Positions 47,622 through 55,148 of a stretch of DNA of 57,512 nucleotides are shown here, piece after piece (within the stretch, counting starts at the first letter, position 1; each line of letters begins with the position of its first letter). This stretch comes from Acidimicrobiia bacterium (GTDB taxonomy: Bacteria; Actinomycetota; Acidimicrobiia; IMCC26256; JACDBD01). The position numbers and the translations under genes are program-made. Location of the stretch: contig DASPXI010000065.1 of NCBI GenBank assembly GCA_035637335.1, forward strand, positions 1 to 57,512, in the 5' to 3' direction. The notes under the pieces were generated by a model that was given only the letters and a program-made list of their open reading frames with translations, searched no databases and was not told the origin of the DNA.

Positions 47622-49088
47622 ATGAGCGTGACGACGGACGAACGGCTCCTCATCGGCGGCGACTGGGTCGCGGGCGGGGACGGCGGCTACGACATCGTCA
47701 ACCCCGCGACCGAGGACGTCGTCGGTGTCGCGCCCGAGGCGTCGGCGCAGCAGGCCCACGACGCAGCCCGCGCCGCGCGCGACGCGTTTGCCTCGTGGTC
47801 GCAGACGACGCCGCAACAGCGCGCCGAGTTGCTGAAGGCGGCGGCGAATCGTGTGCGCGAGCGCATCGAGGACCTCGTGCCGCTCGTCATCGCCGAGACC
47901 GGCTGCACTGCGACCGTGGGGCGTTCGATGCAGGTGCCGGTGGCGGCGAGTCGCTTCGATCGCTACGCGTTAGGGGCACTCGAACCTTCGGTCATTCCGT
48001 TGCCGCCACAAGAGATGCCGTCCACGCCGCTCGCGCCAGGCGGGCTGATGGGCGCGCTGGCGCGCCGGGCGCCCGTCGGCGTCGTGGCGTGCGTCACCCC
48101 GTACAACTTTCCCATCGTGAACATGGCCGGGAAGATCGGTCCCGCCCTCGCCATGGGCAACACCGTCATCGTGCGGCCGGCGCCGCAGGATCCGCTCGCG
48201 GTGATCGAGCTCGTGCGCATTCTGGAGGAGGTCGGCTTCCCGCCTGGCGTCGTCAACGTCGTCACGGGGTCGAGCCCCGCGACCGGTGAGGCGCTCGTCG
48301 AATCGCCCGACGTCGACATGATCAGCTTCACGGGAAGCACGTCGGTCGGGTTGCGTATCGCCGAGACGGGCGGGCGCACGATGAAGCGTCTCCTCCTCGA
48401 GCTCGGCGGCAAGGGCGCGTGTCTCGTGCTCGACGACGCGGACCTCAACGGGGCCGTGACCGCGGTCGGCTCGGTGTGGACGTTCCACTCGGGTCAGATC
48501 TGTACCGCGCCGACACGTGCGATCGTGCACCGGTCGCGGTACCAGGAGTTCGTCGAGCGGCTGAGCAAGATGGCGACCGTCCTGCCGATCGGCGATCCGC
48601 TCGACGCCAAGACGGTCGTCGGGCCGCTCATCACCGGCGCCCACCGCGAGCGGGTGGAGGGGTACATCCGCGCCGGCGCCGACGAGGGCGCGGAGGTCGT
48701 CGCCGGCGGCGGCCGACCCGCGCACCTCGAGCGCGGCTTCTACGTCGAGCCGACCTTGCTCGCCGAGGTACGCAGCGACATGCGAGTGGCACGTGAAGAG
48801 ATCTTCGGACCGGTGATCGTCGTCGAGACGTTCGACGACGACGAGGAAGCCATCACCCTCGCCAACAACAGCGACTTCGGCCTCTACGACTACGTGTTCA
48901 CCGGCGACTCGGCTCGCGGGATGCGGACCGCCCGCCACCTGCGCGCCGGCAACGTCGGCATCAACACGATCCAGCGCAACCACGAGACGCCGTTCGGAGG
49001 CACGAAGTACAGCGGCGTCGGCCGCGACGGCGGGTCGTTCGGCCTGCACGCGTACTCGGAGCTCCAGAGCGTCGTCTGGCCCGGGTGA
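47622..49088 (+). CDS. Aldehyde dehydrogenase
   Basis: PYNFP, SFTGST, LELGGK, GQIC and EEIFGPV motifs. Confidence 0.96.
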   Translation: MSVTTDERLLIGGDWVAGGDGGYDIVNPATEDVVGVAPEASAQQAHDAARAARDAFASWSQTTPQQRAELLKAAANRVRERIEDLVPLVIAETGCTATVGRSMQVPVAASRFDRYALGALEPSVIPLPPQEMPSTPLAPGGLMGALARRAPVGVVACVTPYNFPIVNMAGKIGPALAMGNTVIVRPAPQDPLAVIELVRILEEVGFPPGVVNVVTGSSPATGEALVESPDVDMISFTGSTSVGLRIAETGGRTMKRLLLELGGKGACLVLDDADLNGAVTAVGSVWTFHSGQICTAPTRAIVHRSRYQEFVERLSKMATVLPIGDPLDAKTVVGPLITGAHRERVEGYIRAGADEGAEVVAGGGRPAHLERGFYVEPTLLAEVRSDMRVAREEIFGPVIVVETFDDDEEAITLANNSDFGLYDYVFTGDSARGMRTARHLRAGNVGINTIQRNHETPFGGTKYSGVGRDGGSFGLHAYSELQSVVWPG

Positions 49089-49098
49089 GCCGTCGAAG

Positions 49099-50076
49099 AT
49101 GAGCGTCGCCGACGAGCGCACAGACGTGAGCGACGAGGTCGTCTCGGTCGTTCCGGCGGGCAAGCTCGTGTTCGGCATCCAGCTGCCGACGGTCGCGCTG
49201 AGCACGATGGTCGCCGCGCCGTGGGAACGCGCGAACGGCGCCGGCGTTCCCGAGCTTGTCCAGGCGGCGCAGGCTGCCGACCGCGCCGGCTTCTTCTATG
49301 TCGCGGTGTGCGACCACGTCGCGATCCCTCGCCAGCTCGCGGCGGCCATGTCGACGACGTGGTACGAGCCGATCTCGACGCTCGGGTTCCTGGCCGCACA
49401 TACGACATCCACGCACCTCATGACGAACGTGTACGTCGGCGGGTACCGGCACCCCCTCCAGACCGCGAAGGCGTTCGCGACGCTCGACACGCTGTCGGAC
49501 GGCCGGGTGATCCTCGGGATGGGCGCCGGCCACGTGGAGAAGGAGTTCGACGCGCTGGGCCTGCCGTTCGCCGAGCGCGGTCGGCTGCTCGACGCGGCAA
49601 TTGACGGCGTGAAGGAGGCCTGGCGCGAAGAGTTCACCGGTGTCGGTGACGATGCCGTCGGGATGCGGCCGCGCCCGATGCAGCAGCCCCGCCCGCCGAT
49701 CTGGATCGGCGGATCGACCCGACCTGCGCTGCGGCGCGTCGCCGAGCGGGGCGACGGCTGGATCCCCCAGGGGACGCCGCGCAAGAAGATGCCGGAGTCG
49801 ATCGCGTACCTGCGCGCCCATCGGGACAAGGTGCGGCCGGGCGCCGAGCCCGAGATCGGCGTCATCACCGAGGCGATGTACGTCGGCGAGCCGAGCTGGG
49901 ACGTTGCGCGGGGCACGATCACGGGCCCGCCGGAGAAGCTGGCCGAATCGATGAACGGGTACGGCGCGATGGGCGTCTCGCACCTCCAGGTGCGCTTTCA
50001 ATCTCGCTCGATCGACGAGTTGTGCGACCAGATCGAGCGCTTCGGCGCCGAGGTCGGGCCGCACCTCACCCGCTGA
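49099..50076 (+). CDS. LLM class, probably F420-dependent oxidoreductase (TIGR03619-like)
   Basis: VCDHV, YRHPLQTAKAFATLD.LS.GRV and PPIWIGG. Confidence 0.88.
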   Translation: MSVADERTDVSDEVVSVVPAGKLVFGIQLPTVALSTMVAAPWERANGAGVPELVQAAQAADRAGFFYVAVCDHVAIPRQLAAAMSTTWYEPISTLGFLAAHTTSTHLMTNVYVGGYRHPLQTAKAFATLDTLSDGRVILGMGAGHVEKEFDALGLPFAERGRLLDAAIDGVKEAWREEFTGVGDDAVGMRPRPMQQPRPPIWIGGSTRPALRRVAERGDGWIPQGTPRKKMPESIAYLRAHRDKVRPGAEPEIGVITEAMYVGEPSWDVARGTITGPPEKLAESMNGYGAMGVSHLQVRFQSRSIDELCDQIERFGAEVGPHLTR

Positions 50077-50091
50077 CACTGGAGTCGCGTT

Positions 50092-51087
50092 ATGGCGATG
50101 CTCGGACTTCGTTACGACCTGCGAGCCCCGACGTGGGGGTCGGCATCACACGCCGAGTTGTATGCCGCCTGCCTCGATCAGGCGGCGTGGGGTGACAAGC
50201 TCGGTTTCGATTTCGTCGTCCTGTCCGAGCACCACGCAGCCGAGGATGGCTACATCCCCGCCCCCGTCACGATGGCGGCCGCGGTCGCAGGACGCACGAA
50301 GCGGATCGGCATCAACATCGCAGCCATCCTCGTGCCGCTGCACGACCCCGTGCGGCTGGCCGAGGAGCTCGCGGTGCTCGACCTCGCCAGCGGCGGGCGC
50401 GTCAGCTTCGTCGCCGGGACGGGCTACCGGTACGAGGAGTTCGAGATGGCGGGCGTGGACCGCAAGCAACGCGGCAAGTTGCTCGAGGAGTACGTCGACG
50501 TCATGCGCAAGGCGTGGACGGGCGAGCCGTTCGAGTGGCGGGGCCGGACGGCGCAGGTCACGCCGACGCCGATGACCAAGCCGCACCCGATGATGATGAT
50601 CGGCGGCTCGACAGAGGTCGCGGCGCGGCGCGCGGCGCGTCTTCGGCTCCCGATGTTCCCCGCCGTCGGCGACCCGGCGCTGGCCGAGATCTACAACGAC
50701 GAATGCGCCAAGGTCGGCTTCGAGCACGGTTTCATCAGCCTTCCCGCCGGTCCCGGCTTCGTGCACGTTGCGGAGGACCCGGAGGCGGCGTGGGCGAAGA
50801 TCGGCCCGCACGCGCTGCACGAGGCCCAGGTCTACGAGAGCTGGCAGACCCCTGGGCAGCGCTCGGCCGTCGACGTGCACGCCAAAGACGTCGACGAGGT
50901 GCGCAAGAGCGACGTCTACCGCGTGGTGACGCCCGACGAGTGCGTCGCGCTGGCCGAGGAGCTCGGCGACTTCGGCACGCTTCTCCTGCACCCGTTGATG
51001 GGCGGCATCCCACCCGACGTTGCGTGGGACAGCCTCGAGCTGTTCGAGCGCAAGGTACTGCCGAGGCTGCGGCCCGCCGCTGGTTGA
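50092..51087 (+). CDS. LLM class flavin-dependent oxidoreductase
   Basis: LSEHH and PLHDPVRLAEELAVLDLASGGRV motifs. Confidence 0.9.
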   Translation: MAMLGLRYDLRAPTWGSASHAELYAACLDQAAWGDKLGFDFVVLSEHHAAEDGYIPAPVTMAAAVAGRTKRIGINIAAILVPLHDPVRLAEELAVLDLASGGRVSFVAGTGYRYEEFEMAGVDRKQRGKLLEEYVDVMRKAWTGEPFEWRGRTAQVTPTPMTKPHPMMMIGGSTEVAARRAARLRLPMFPAVGDPALAEIYNDECAKVGFEHGFISLPAGPGFVHVAEDPEAAWAKIGPHALHEAQVYESWQTPGQRSAVDVHAKDVDEVRKSDVYRVVTPDECVALAEELGDFGTLLLHPLMGGIPPDVAWDSLELFERKVLPRLRPAAG

Positions 51088-51097
51088 ATGTGGCTCG

Positions 51098-51331
51098 GTG
51101 GGCACCGCACCGCTGCCCGACGAGCTGCGCACTCCGCACCCGGCTCGGCTTGCGCCGTCGACTCCCGGTTACGAGGAGATCATCGCCGCGCACGAGAACG
51201 CGCTCGTCAAGGGCGAGCCGGGCTACCTCGACCCCGTCACCGGCCTGTTCGTCATGACCGCCGCGTATCTCTGGGAGCGCGGCGAGTGCTGCGACTCCGG
51301 CTGCCGCCACTGCCCGTACGTAGGGCGCTGA
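51098..51331 (+). CDS. Small Cys-rich protein, DUF5522-like
   Basis: YLDPVTG..V.T...L..RG.CC.SGCRHCPY motif; start uncertain. Confidence 0.8.
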   Translation: MGTAPLPDELRTPHPARLAPSTPGYEEIIAAHENALVKGEPGYLDPVTGLFVMTAAYLWERGECCDSGCRHCPYVGR

Positions 51332-52141
51332 TTACCTCAGCTCGTCCGCGTAGCGGTCGGTGCCGGGGACGGTGGCGAGGAACGGCGAGACGAACAGGAT
51401 GCGACCGAGGCCGCTCGCGTCGAACTCCTTGCCCAGACCGCCGAAGCGGTCGTCGAACACGTCGACCGGGTCCTCGTCGAGGAAGTAGAGCTGGAGGAAA
51501 CGGTCGGCCGCCTCGTTGCGGGGCACGTCGCTCGGCGCGTCCTGGAAAAGCGGCACCGGGGTGAACGCCACCATCACCTCGGCCGGGCAGGGACGGGCGC
51601 GGAACCACGCGACCACGTCGTCGTGGGTCTTGCCCTCGGAGACCTCGCCGATGACGGCGACGACCCCGCGGAACGGATGGTCGAGCGCGAGCTCGGCGGG
51701 CACGCCGTCCGGGTCGGCGCGCTGCTCGTCGAGGAACCGGTACATCAGCGTGTGGATGTGGTCGCGATGCGGGAACATCCGATCGTTGGCGTGCAGCCAT
51801 TTCACCTGCTCGGTTCCCCACTGCATCCACTCGCCGAAGCGGCCGGCGAGGATCCAGTAGAGCGCGAGGTACGAGCCGGTCATCGGGTCGGGCGTGATCG
51901 GCGAGTCGGACGGATACCGCTTCTCCTTGCCCGCACGCGTCGCGACGTACCGCGCGCCCGAAAGCGTCCAGGCGCCGATCATGCAGCCGGCGTAGAAGTG
52001 GTCGCGCTCGTACCAGCGGTTGTACGCGACCTCGTGACCCGGGTGCGGCTCGACCATCGTGAACAGCGCGCCCCCGACCTTGATCGGCTTCTCGCTCGTG
52101 TCCCCGGTCCCGAGGGGCTGGATCGTCGCTTCGGTCGTCAT
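51332..52141 (-). CDS. Conserved hypothetical protein (possible EthD-like dimeric alpha+beta barrel)
   Basis: GGAG Shine-Dalgarno; ATGA overlap with the ligase stop; EVAYNRWYERDH and YLALY patterns. Confidence 0.7.
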   Translation of the reverse strand: MTTEATIQPLGTGDTSEKPIKVGGALFTMVEPHPGHEVAYNRWYERDHFYAGCMIGAWTLSGARYVATRAGKEKRYPSDSPITPDPMTGSYLALYWILAGRFGEWMQWGTEQVKWLHANDRMFPHRDHIHTLMYRFLDEQRADPDGVPAELALDHPFRGVVAVIGEVSEGKTHDDVVAWFRARPCPAEVMVAFTPVPLFQDAPSDVPRNEAADRFLQLYFLDEDPVDVFDDRFGGLGKEFDASGLGRILFVSPFLATVPGTDRYADELR

Positions 52142-53643
52142 CGCTCCTCCGTTGTCCGCGCCGCGAGCGCACGCTTGTCGACCTTGAGCATGGACGTCAG
52201 CGGCAGGTCGTCGACCAACTCGAGGCGGTCGGGTGCCTTGTAGTCGGCGAGGCGATCGCGGCACCAAGCACGCAACGTTTCCAACGTCGGCTCAGCCGCG
52301 CCCGCGACCGCCACGACGAACGCGACGCCCACCTCACCCAGGACCGGGTCGGGGACGCCGACGACCGCCGCACGCGCCACCGACGGTTGCTCGGCGAGCG
52401 CCGCCTCAACCTCGGCCGGGTACACGTTGTACCCGCCGCGGATGTACATCTCCTTGAGCCGACCGACGATACGCAGGTTGCCGTCGGCGCCGACGACCCC
52501 CAGGTCGCCGGTGTGCAGCCACCCGTCGGCGTCGATGACCTCGGCCGTGCGCTCGGGGTCGCGCCAATACCCGCGCATCATGGCCGGCGACTTGCAGCAC
52601 ACTTCGCCGACCTCGCCCACCGGTTGTTCAGCCCCGCCGGCCGGATCGACGATGCGCACCTCGACCTCGGGCGCAGGGCGGCCGACCGTGGTGGCCACGA
52701 CCTCGTCGTCGTCACCGACGAGCGTGCTCGTGCACACGCCCGCCTCGGTGCTCGTGTAGCGCGTGACCACGGGACAGCCGAGCACCTTACGGATCTGACG
52801 CACGAGCTCGGGCGGGATCGATGCGCCGCCGAGCGCCGCCACCCGCAGGCGTGAGAAGTCGGTCCGCTCGATGTCGGGATGGGCGAGCACGAGCGACCAC
52901 TGCGTGGGCACGCCAGTTGCCATCGTGATGCTTTCGTCGCGGATGAGCCGGAGCGACTCTTGCGCCGACCACGGCTCGCCGACGAGCACGATCGTCGTGC
53001 CGTTCGCGAGCTCGTCCCACATGCGCGTCATGTAGCCGACGTGCGCGAACGGCAGCGCGAGGAGCCGGCGGTCTCCGGGGCGCGTGAGCTCACCGATGTT
53101 GCGCGAGATCGCCGCCATCGTCTCATGGTCGAACACCGCGCCCTTGGGCTCACCGGTAGTGCCGCTCGTCCAAACCACGCACGCCGGATCCGTCGGTGTC
53201 AGTGGAGGCAACGACGCCGGCGGGTCAGCGGCGAAGGCGTGGCCAAGCTCGGAGACGTGAATGGTTCGGCCGGCGTCGACGCCCTCGGGGACCTCGACGC
53301 CGTCGCCGACGACCGTGACGGTCGGTTCGGTGCGCCCGAGGATGCTCGCCTTCTCGGCCGGACCGAGCCGAAGGTTCAGCGCCGACGTAATGGCGCCGAC
53401 CCGGAGCGCGCCGAGATAGCAGGTCGCGAACTTGATCGTCGACGACAGCAGCAGGGACACGACGTCACCTGGCTGCACGCCGTGATCGACGAGCGTGGCC
53501 GCGAAGCCGTCAGTAGCCCGGTCGAGCCACCCGTAGGTGACGCGCTTCTCACCGTGGACGTATGCCTCCCGATCGGGATGCGCGGCGGCGGCGTCCCGCA
53601 GCAGGTCGGCCGTCGTGCACGGGGTTGCGCCGGCTGTCACCAC
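52138..53643 (-). CDS. Class I adenylate-forming enzyme (acyl-CoA ligase)
   Basis: WTSGTTGEPKG, YTSTE, HTGDLG and KEMYIRGGYNVYP; TACGGT -10 box 7 nt before GTG. Confidence 0.94.
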   Translation of the reverse strand: MVTAGATPCTTADLLRDAAAAHPDREAYVHGEKRVTYGWLDRATDGFAATLVDHGVQPGDVVSLLLSSTIKFATCYLGALRVGAITSALNLRLGPAEKASILGRTEPTVTVVGDGVEVPEGVDAGRTIHVSELGHAFAADPPASLPPLTPTDPACVVWTSGTTGEPKGAVFDHETMAAISRNIGELTRPGDRRLLALPFAHVGYMTRMWDELANGTTIVLVGEPWSAQESLRLIRDESITMATGVPTQWSLVLAHPDIERTDFSRLRVAALGGASIPPELVRQIRKVLGCPVVTRYTSTEAGVCTSTLVGDDDEVVATTVGRPAPEVEVRIVDPAGGAEQPVGEVGEVCCKSPAMMRGYWRDPERTAEVIDADGWLHTGDLGVVGADGNLRIVGRLKEMYIRGGYNVYPAEVEAALAEQPSVARAAVVGVPDPVLGEVGVAFVVAVAGAAEPTLETLRAWCRDRLADYKAPDRLELVDDLPLTSMLKVDKRALAARTTEER

Positions 53644-53659
53644 AAATCGGGACCGTACC

Positions 53660-54218
53660 CGAGAGCCTGCTGCCTAGTTGATGGGCCTGAGCGCGTCGAC
53701 GACGACCGCCAGATTCAGCCAAAGAGAGGGGAACAGCACCGTCGTCGTTGTCCGCTCTTCGCCTTACGAAGGCGGCTTAGGAAAACGGCGTACGCGAACC
53801 AAGAGCGCCGCCCGGCCCCCGTCCTGCTCACTATTGGCCAGCGGCGGCAGGTGGTGGGCCAGTTTGGGTGTGCCTCTCTTTCGGTAAGGCTCAACCGCGA
53901 GCGGAACGACGTTCAAGCCTCCCAGGCTCCGCTCGCTTCGTTCCGCTGGAGTGCCCCCGCCGGTCCACCCCTTCGGGGGCACTCCGTTTGCGCGCGGAAG
54001 GCGGGAGGCCGGTCCGTTCGACTGGCCTCCCGCTCTTCCCCCATCCCCCGAGAGCCGCGGATTTTTAGGGCGGTTTGGGCGGTCTCGAGAGGTACAGGTA
54101 GTGTTTGCCGGGAACGAGACGAGATAAACGTCTTTGACTGCAGGCTTAGGCTCGGCTGAGAGCAGGCGGTAGAGGACGAACGGGCACCCCGGGGCTTTTT
54201 GCTCCCGGGGTTCTCTCT
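53660..54218 (+). ncRNA. Candidate large structured non-coding RNA of unknown family
   Basis: No credible CDS. Nested long-range helices 53665-53704/54129-54167, 53705-53725/54062-54083, 53743-53757/53899-53911, 53761-53772/53878-53890 and 53787-53799/53862-53874, with G-U wobbles on the + strand. Local hairpins 53948-53985 and 53996-54039; terminator-like 3' hairpin. Ends approximate. Confidence 0.6.
54187..54218 (+). terminator. Intrinsic terminator-like hairpin
   Basis: CCCCGGGGC-TTTTT-GCTCCCGGGG followed by the pyrimidine tract TTCTCTCT. Confidence 0.55.
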
Positions 54219-54339
54219 CACGTCACGGCAGAGAGCTCCTCAGCGACCGGATGGAAACACGGACGGCGTCCGTGGGACCGTGAATCCCGTATGAAACGAC
54301 GATGCCGCGGACGGTGCGGACGAGCCCGGATGGTGCTCG

Positions 54340-54357
54340 CCTGACGGAGCGTTAGAT
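54340..54357. promoter_or_regulatory. Palindromic operator, CTGAC-N5-GT(C/T)AG type (site 4)
   Basis: CCTGACGGAGCGTTAGAT; reverse complement ATCTAACGCTCCGTCAGG has one mismatch to the ATCTGAC-N5-GTCAGG consensus; upstream of the SDR-ligase-cyclase operon. Confidence 0.62.
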
Positions 54358-54398
54358 TCTCGCCAGGGCGCCCGATCGAGAGCCCAGAAGGGGGATGC

Positions 54399-55148
54399 AT
54401 GCCGCGATTCGCGGACCACGTCGCCGTCGTGACCGGGGCGGGCTCGGGGCTCGGGCGCGCTACTGCGCATCGCTTCGCCGACGAGGGAGCGGCAGTCGCC
54501 GTGGTCGACGTCGCCGCCGACGCCGCCGAGAAGACCGCAGCGGAGATCGGGGAGCGCGGCGCCACAGCACGCGCATACACGGTCGATGTCACCGCCCGCG
54601 CGGCGACGAAGGCAACAGTCGACGCCGTCGCCGGGGACCTCGGCCGCCCGCAGGTACTCGTCAACTCGGCCGGCATCGGCGGCTTCGCGCACACGCTCGA
54701 CGAGACCTTCGAGCGTTGGTCCGCGATCATCGGCGTCAACCTCACCGGGACGTTCCTGATGTGCCAGGCGACCCTGCCGTACCTCCTCGACGGCGGCGGC
54801 GCGATCATCAACGTCGCATCCAACGCCGGTCTCATGGGCCAGCCGTACTCAGCCGCGTACTGCGCGTCCAAAGGCGGTGTCGTGAATCTCACCCGGGCAC
54901 TCGCCGTCGAGTACGTGAAGCGCGGCGTGCGCGTGAACGCCGTCGCTCCCGGCGGGATGAACACGCCGATGATCGCCGGGTTTTCCATGCCCGAGGGCGT
55001 CGACCTCAAGGAGTTCGCGCGGGTGACGTCACCGCTCGGGTACGCGGAGCCGGAGGAGCTCGCCGGACTGATCGCGTACATCGCCTCTGATGACGCCAAG
55101 TACATGGTGGGCAGCATCGTGTCGATGGACGGTGGGATCACCGCGTGA
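54399..55148 (+). CDS. SDR family oxidoreductase
   Basis: TGAGSGLG, VNSAG and YCASKGG motifs. Confidence 0.94.
   Translation: MPRFADHVAVVTGAGSGLGRATAHRFADEGAAVAVVDVAADAAEKTAAEIGERGATARAYTVDVTARAATKATVDAVAGDLGRPQVLVNSAGIGGFAHTLDETFERWSAIIGVNLTGTFLMCQATLPYLLDGGGAIINVASNAGLMGQPYSAAYCASKGGVVNLTRALAVEYVKRGVRVNAVAPGGMNTPMIAGFSMPEGVDLKEFARVTSPLGYAEPEELAGLIAYIASDDAKYMVGSIVSMDGGITA

Noticed and set aside
53658..54056. 10-bp direct repeat CCCGAGAGCC (53658 and 54047) as a possible target-site duplication, i.e. a MITE reading of the region
   Set aside because: The repeats do not flank the inverted arms symmetrically, no transposase is present, and the arm mismatches favour G-U RNA pairing.
54124..54159. 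Possible attenuator leader peptide (ATA AAC GTC TTT GAC TGC AGG CTT AGG CTC GGC TGA) ahead of the terminator hairpin
   Set aside because: No canonical start codon and no run of regulatory codons; the segment is better explained as the 3' arm of the long-range helix.
53660..54218. Identification of the structured region as RNase P RNA, tmRNA, SRP RNA, a group II intron, or a ydaO/c-di-GMP riboswitch
   Set aside because: Hallmark sequences (GAGGAAAGUCC, tRNA-like ends with an ALAA-type tag, the SRP GGAA loop motif, intron domain V, complete riboswitch cores) were not found on either strand; only isolated short matches.
53678..54221. Track ORFs 53678-53887, 53764-53982, 53868-54068 and 53913-54221
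   Set aside because: They overlap each other, have atypical codon usage and no motifs, and run through strong hairpins.
54291..54344. 17-aa ORF MKRRCRGRCGRARMVLA
   Set aside because: No Shine-Dalgarno; it overlaps the operator of the downstream SDR and has no other support.
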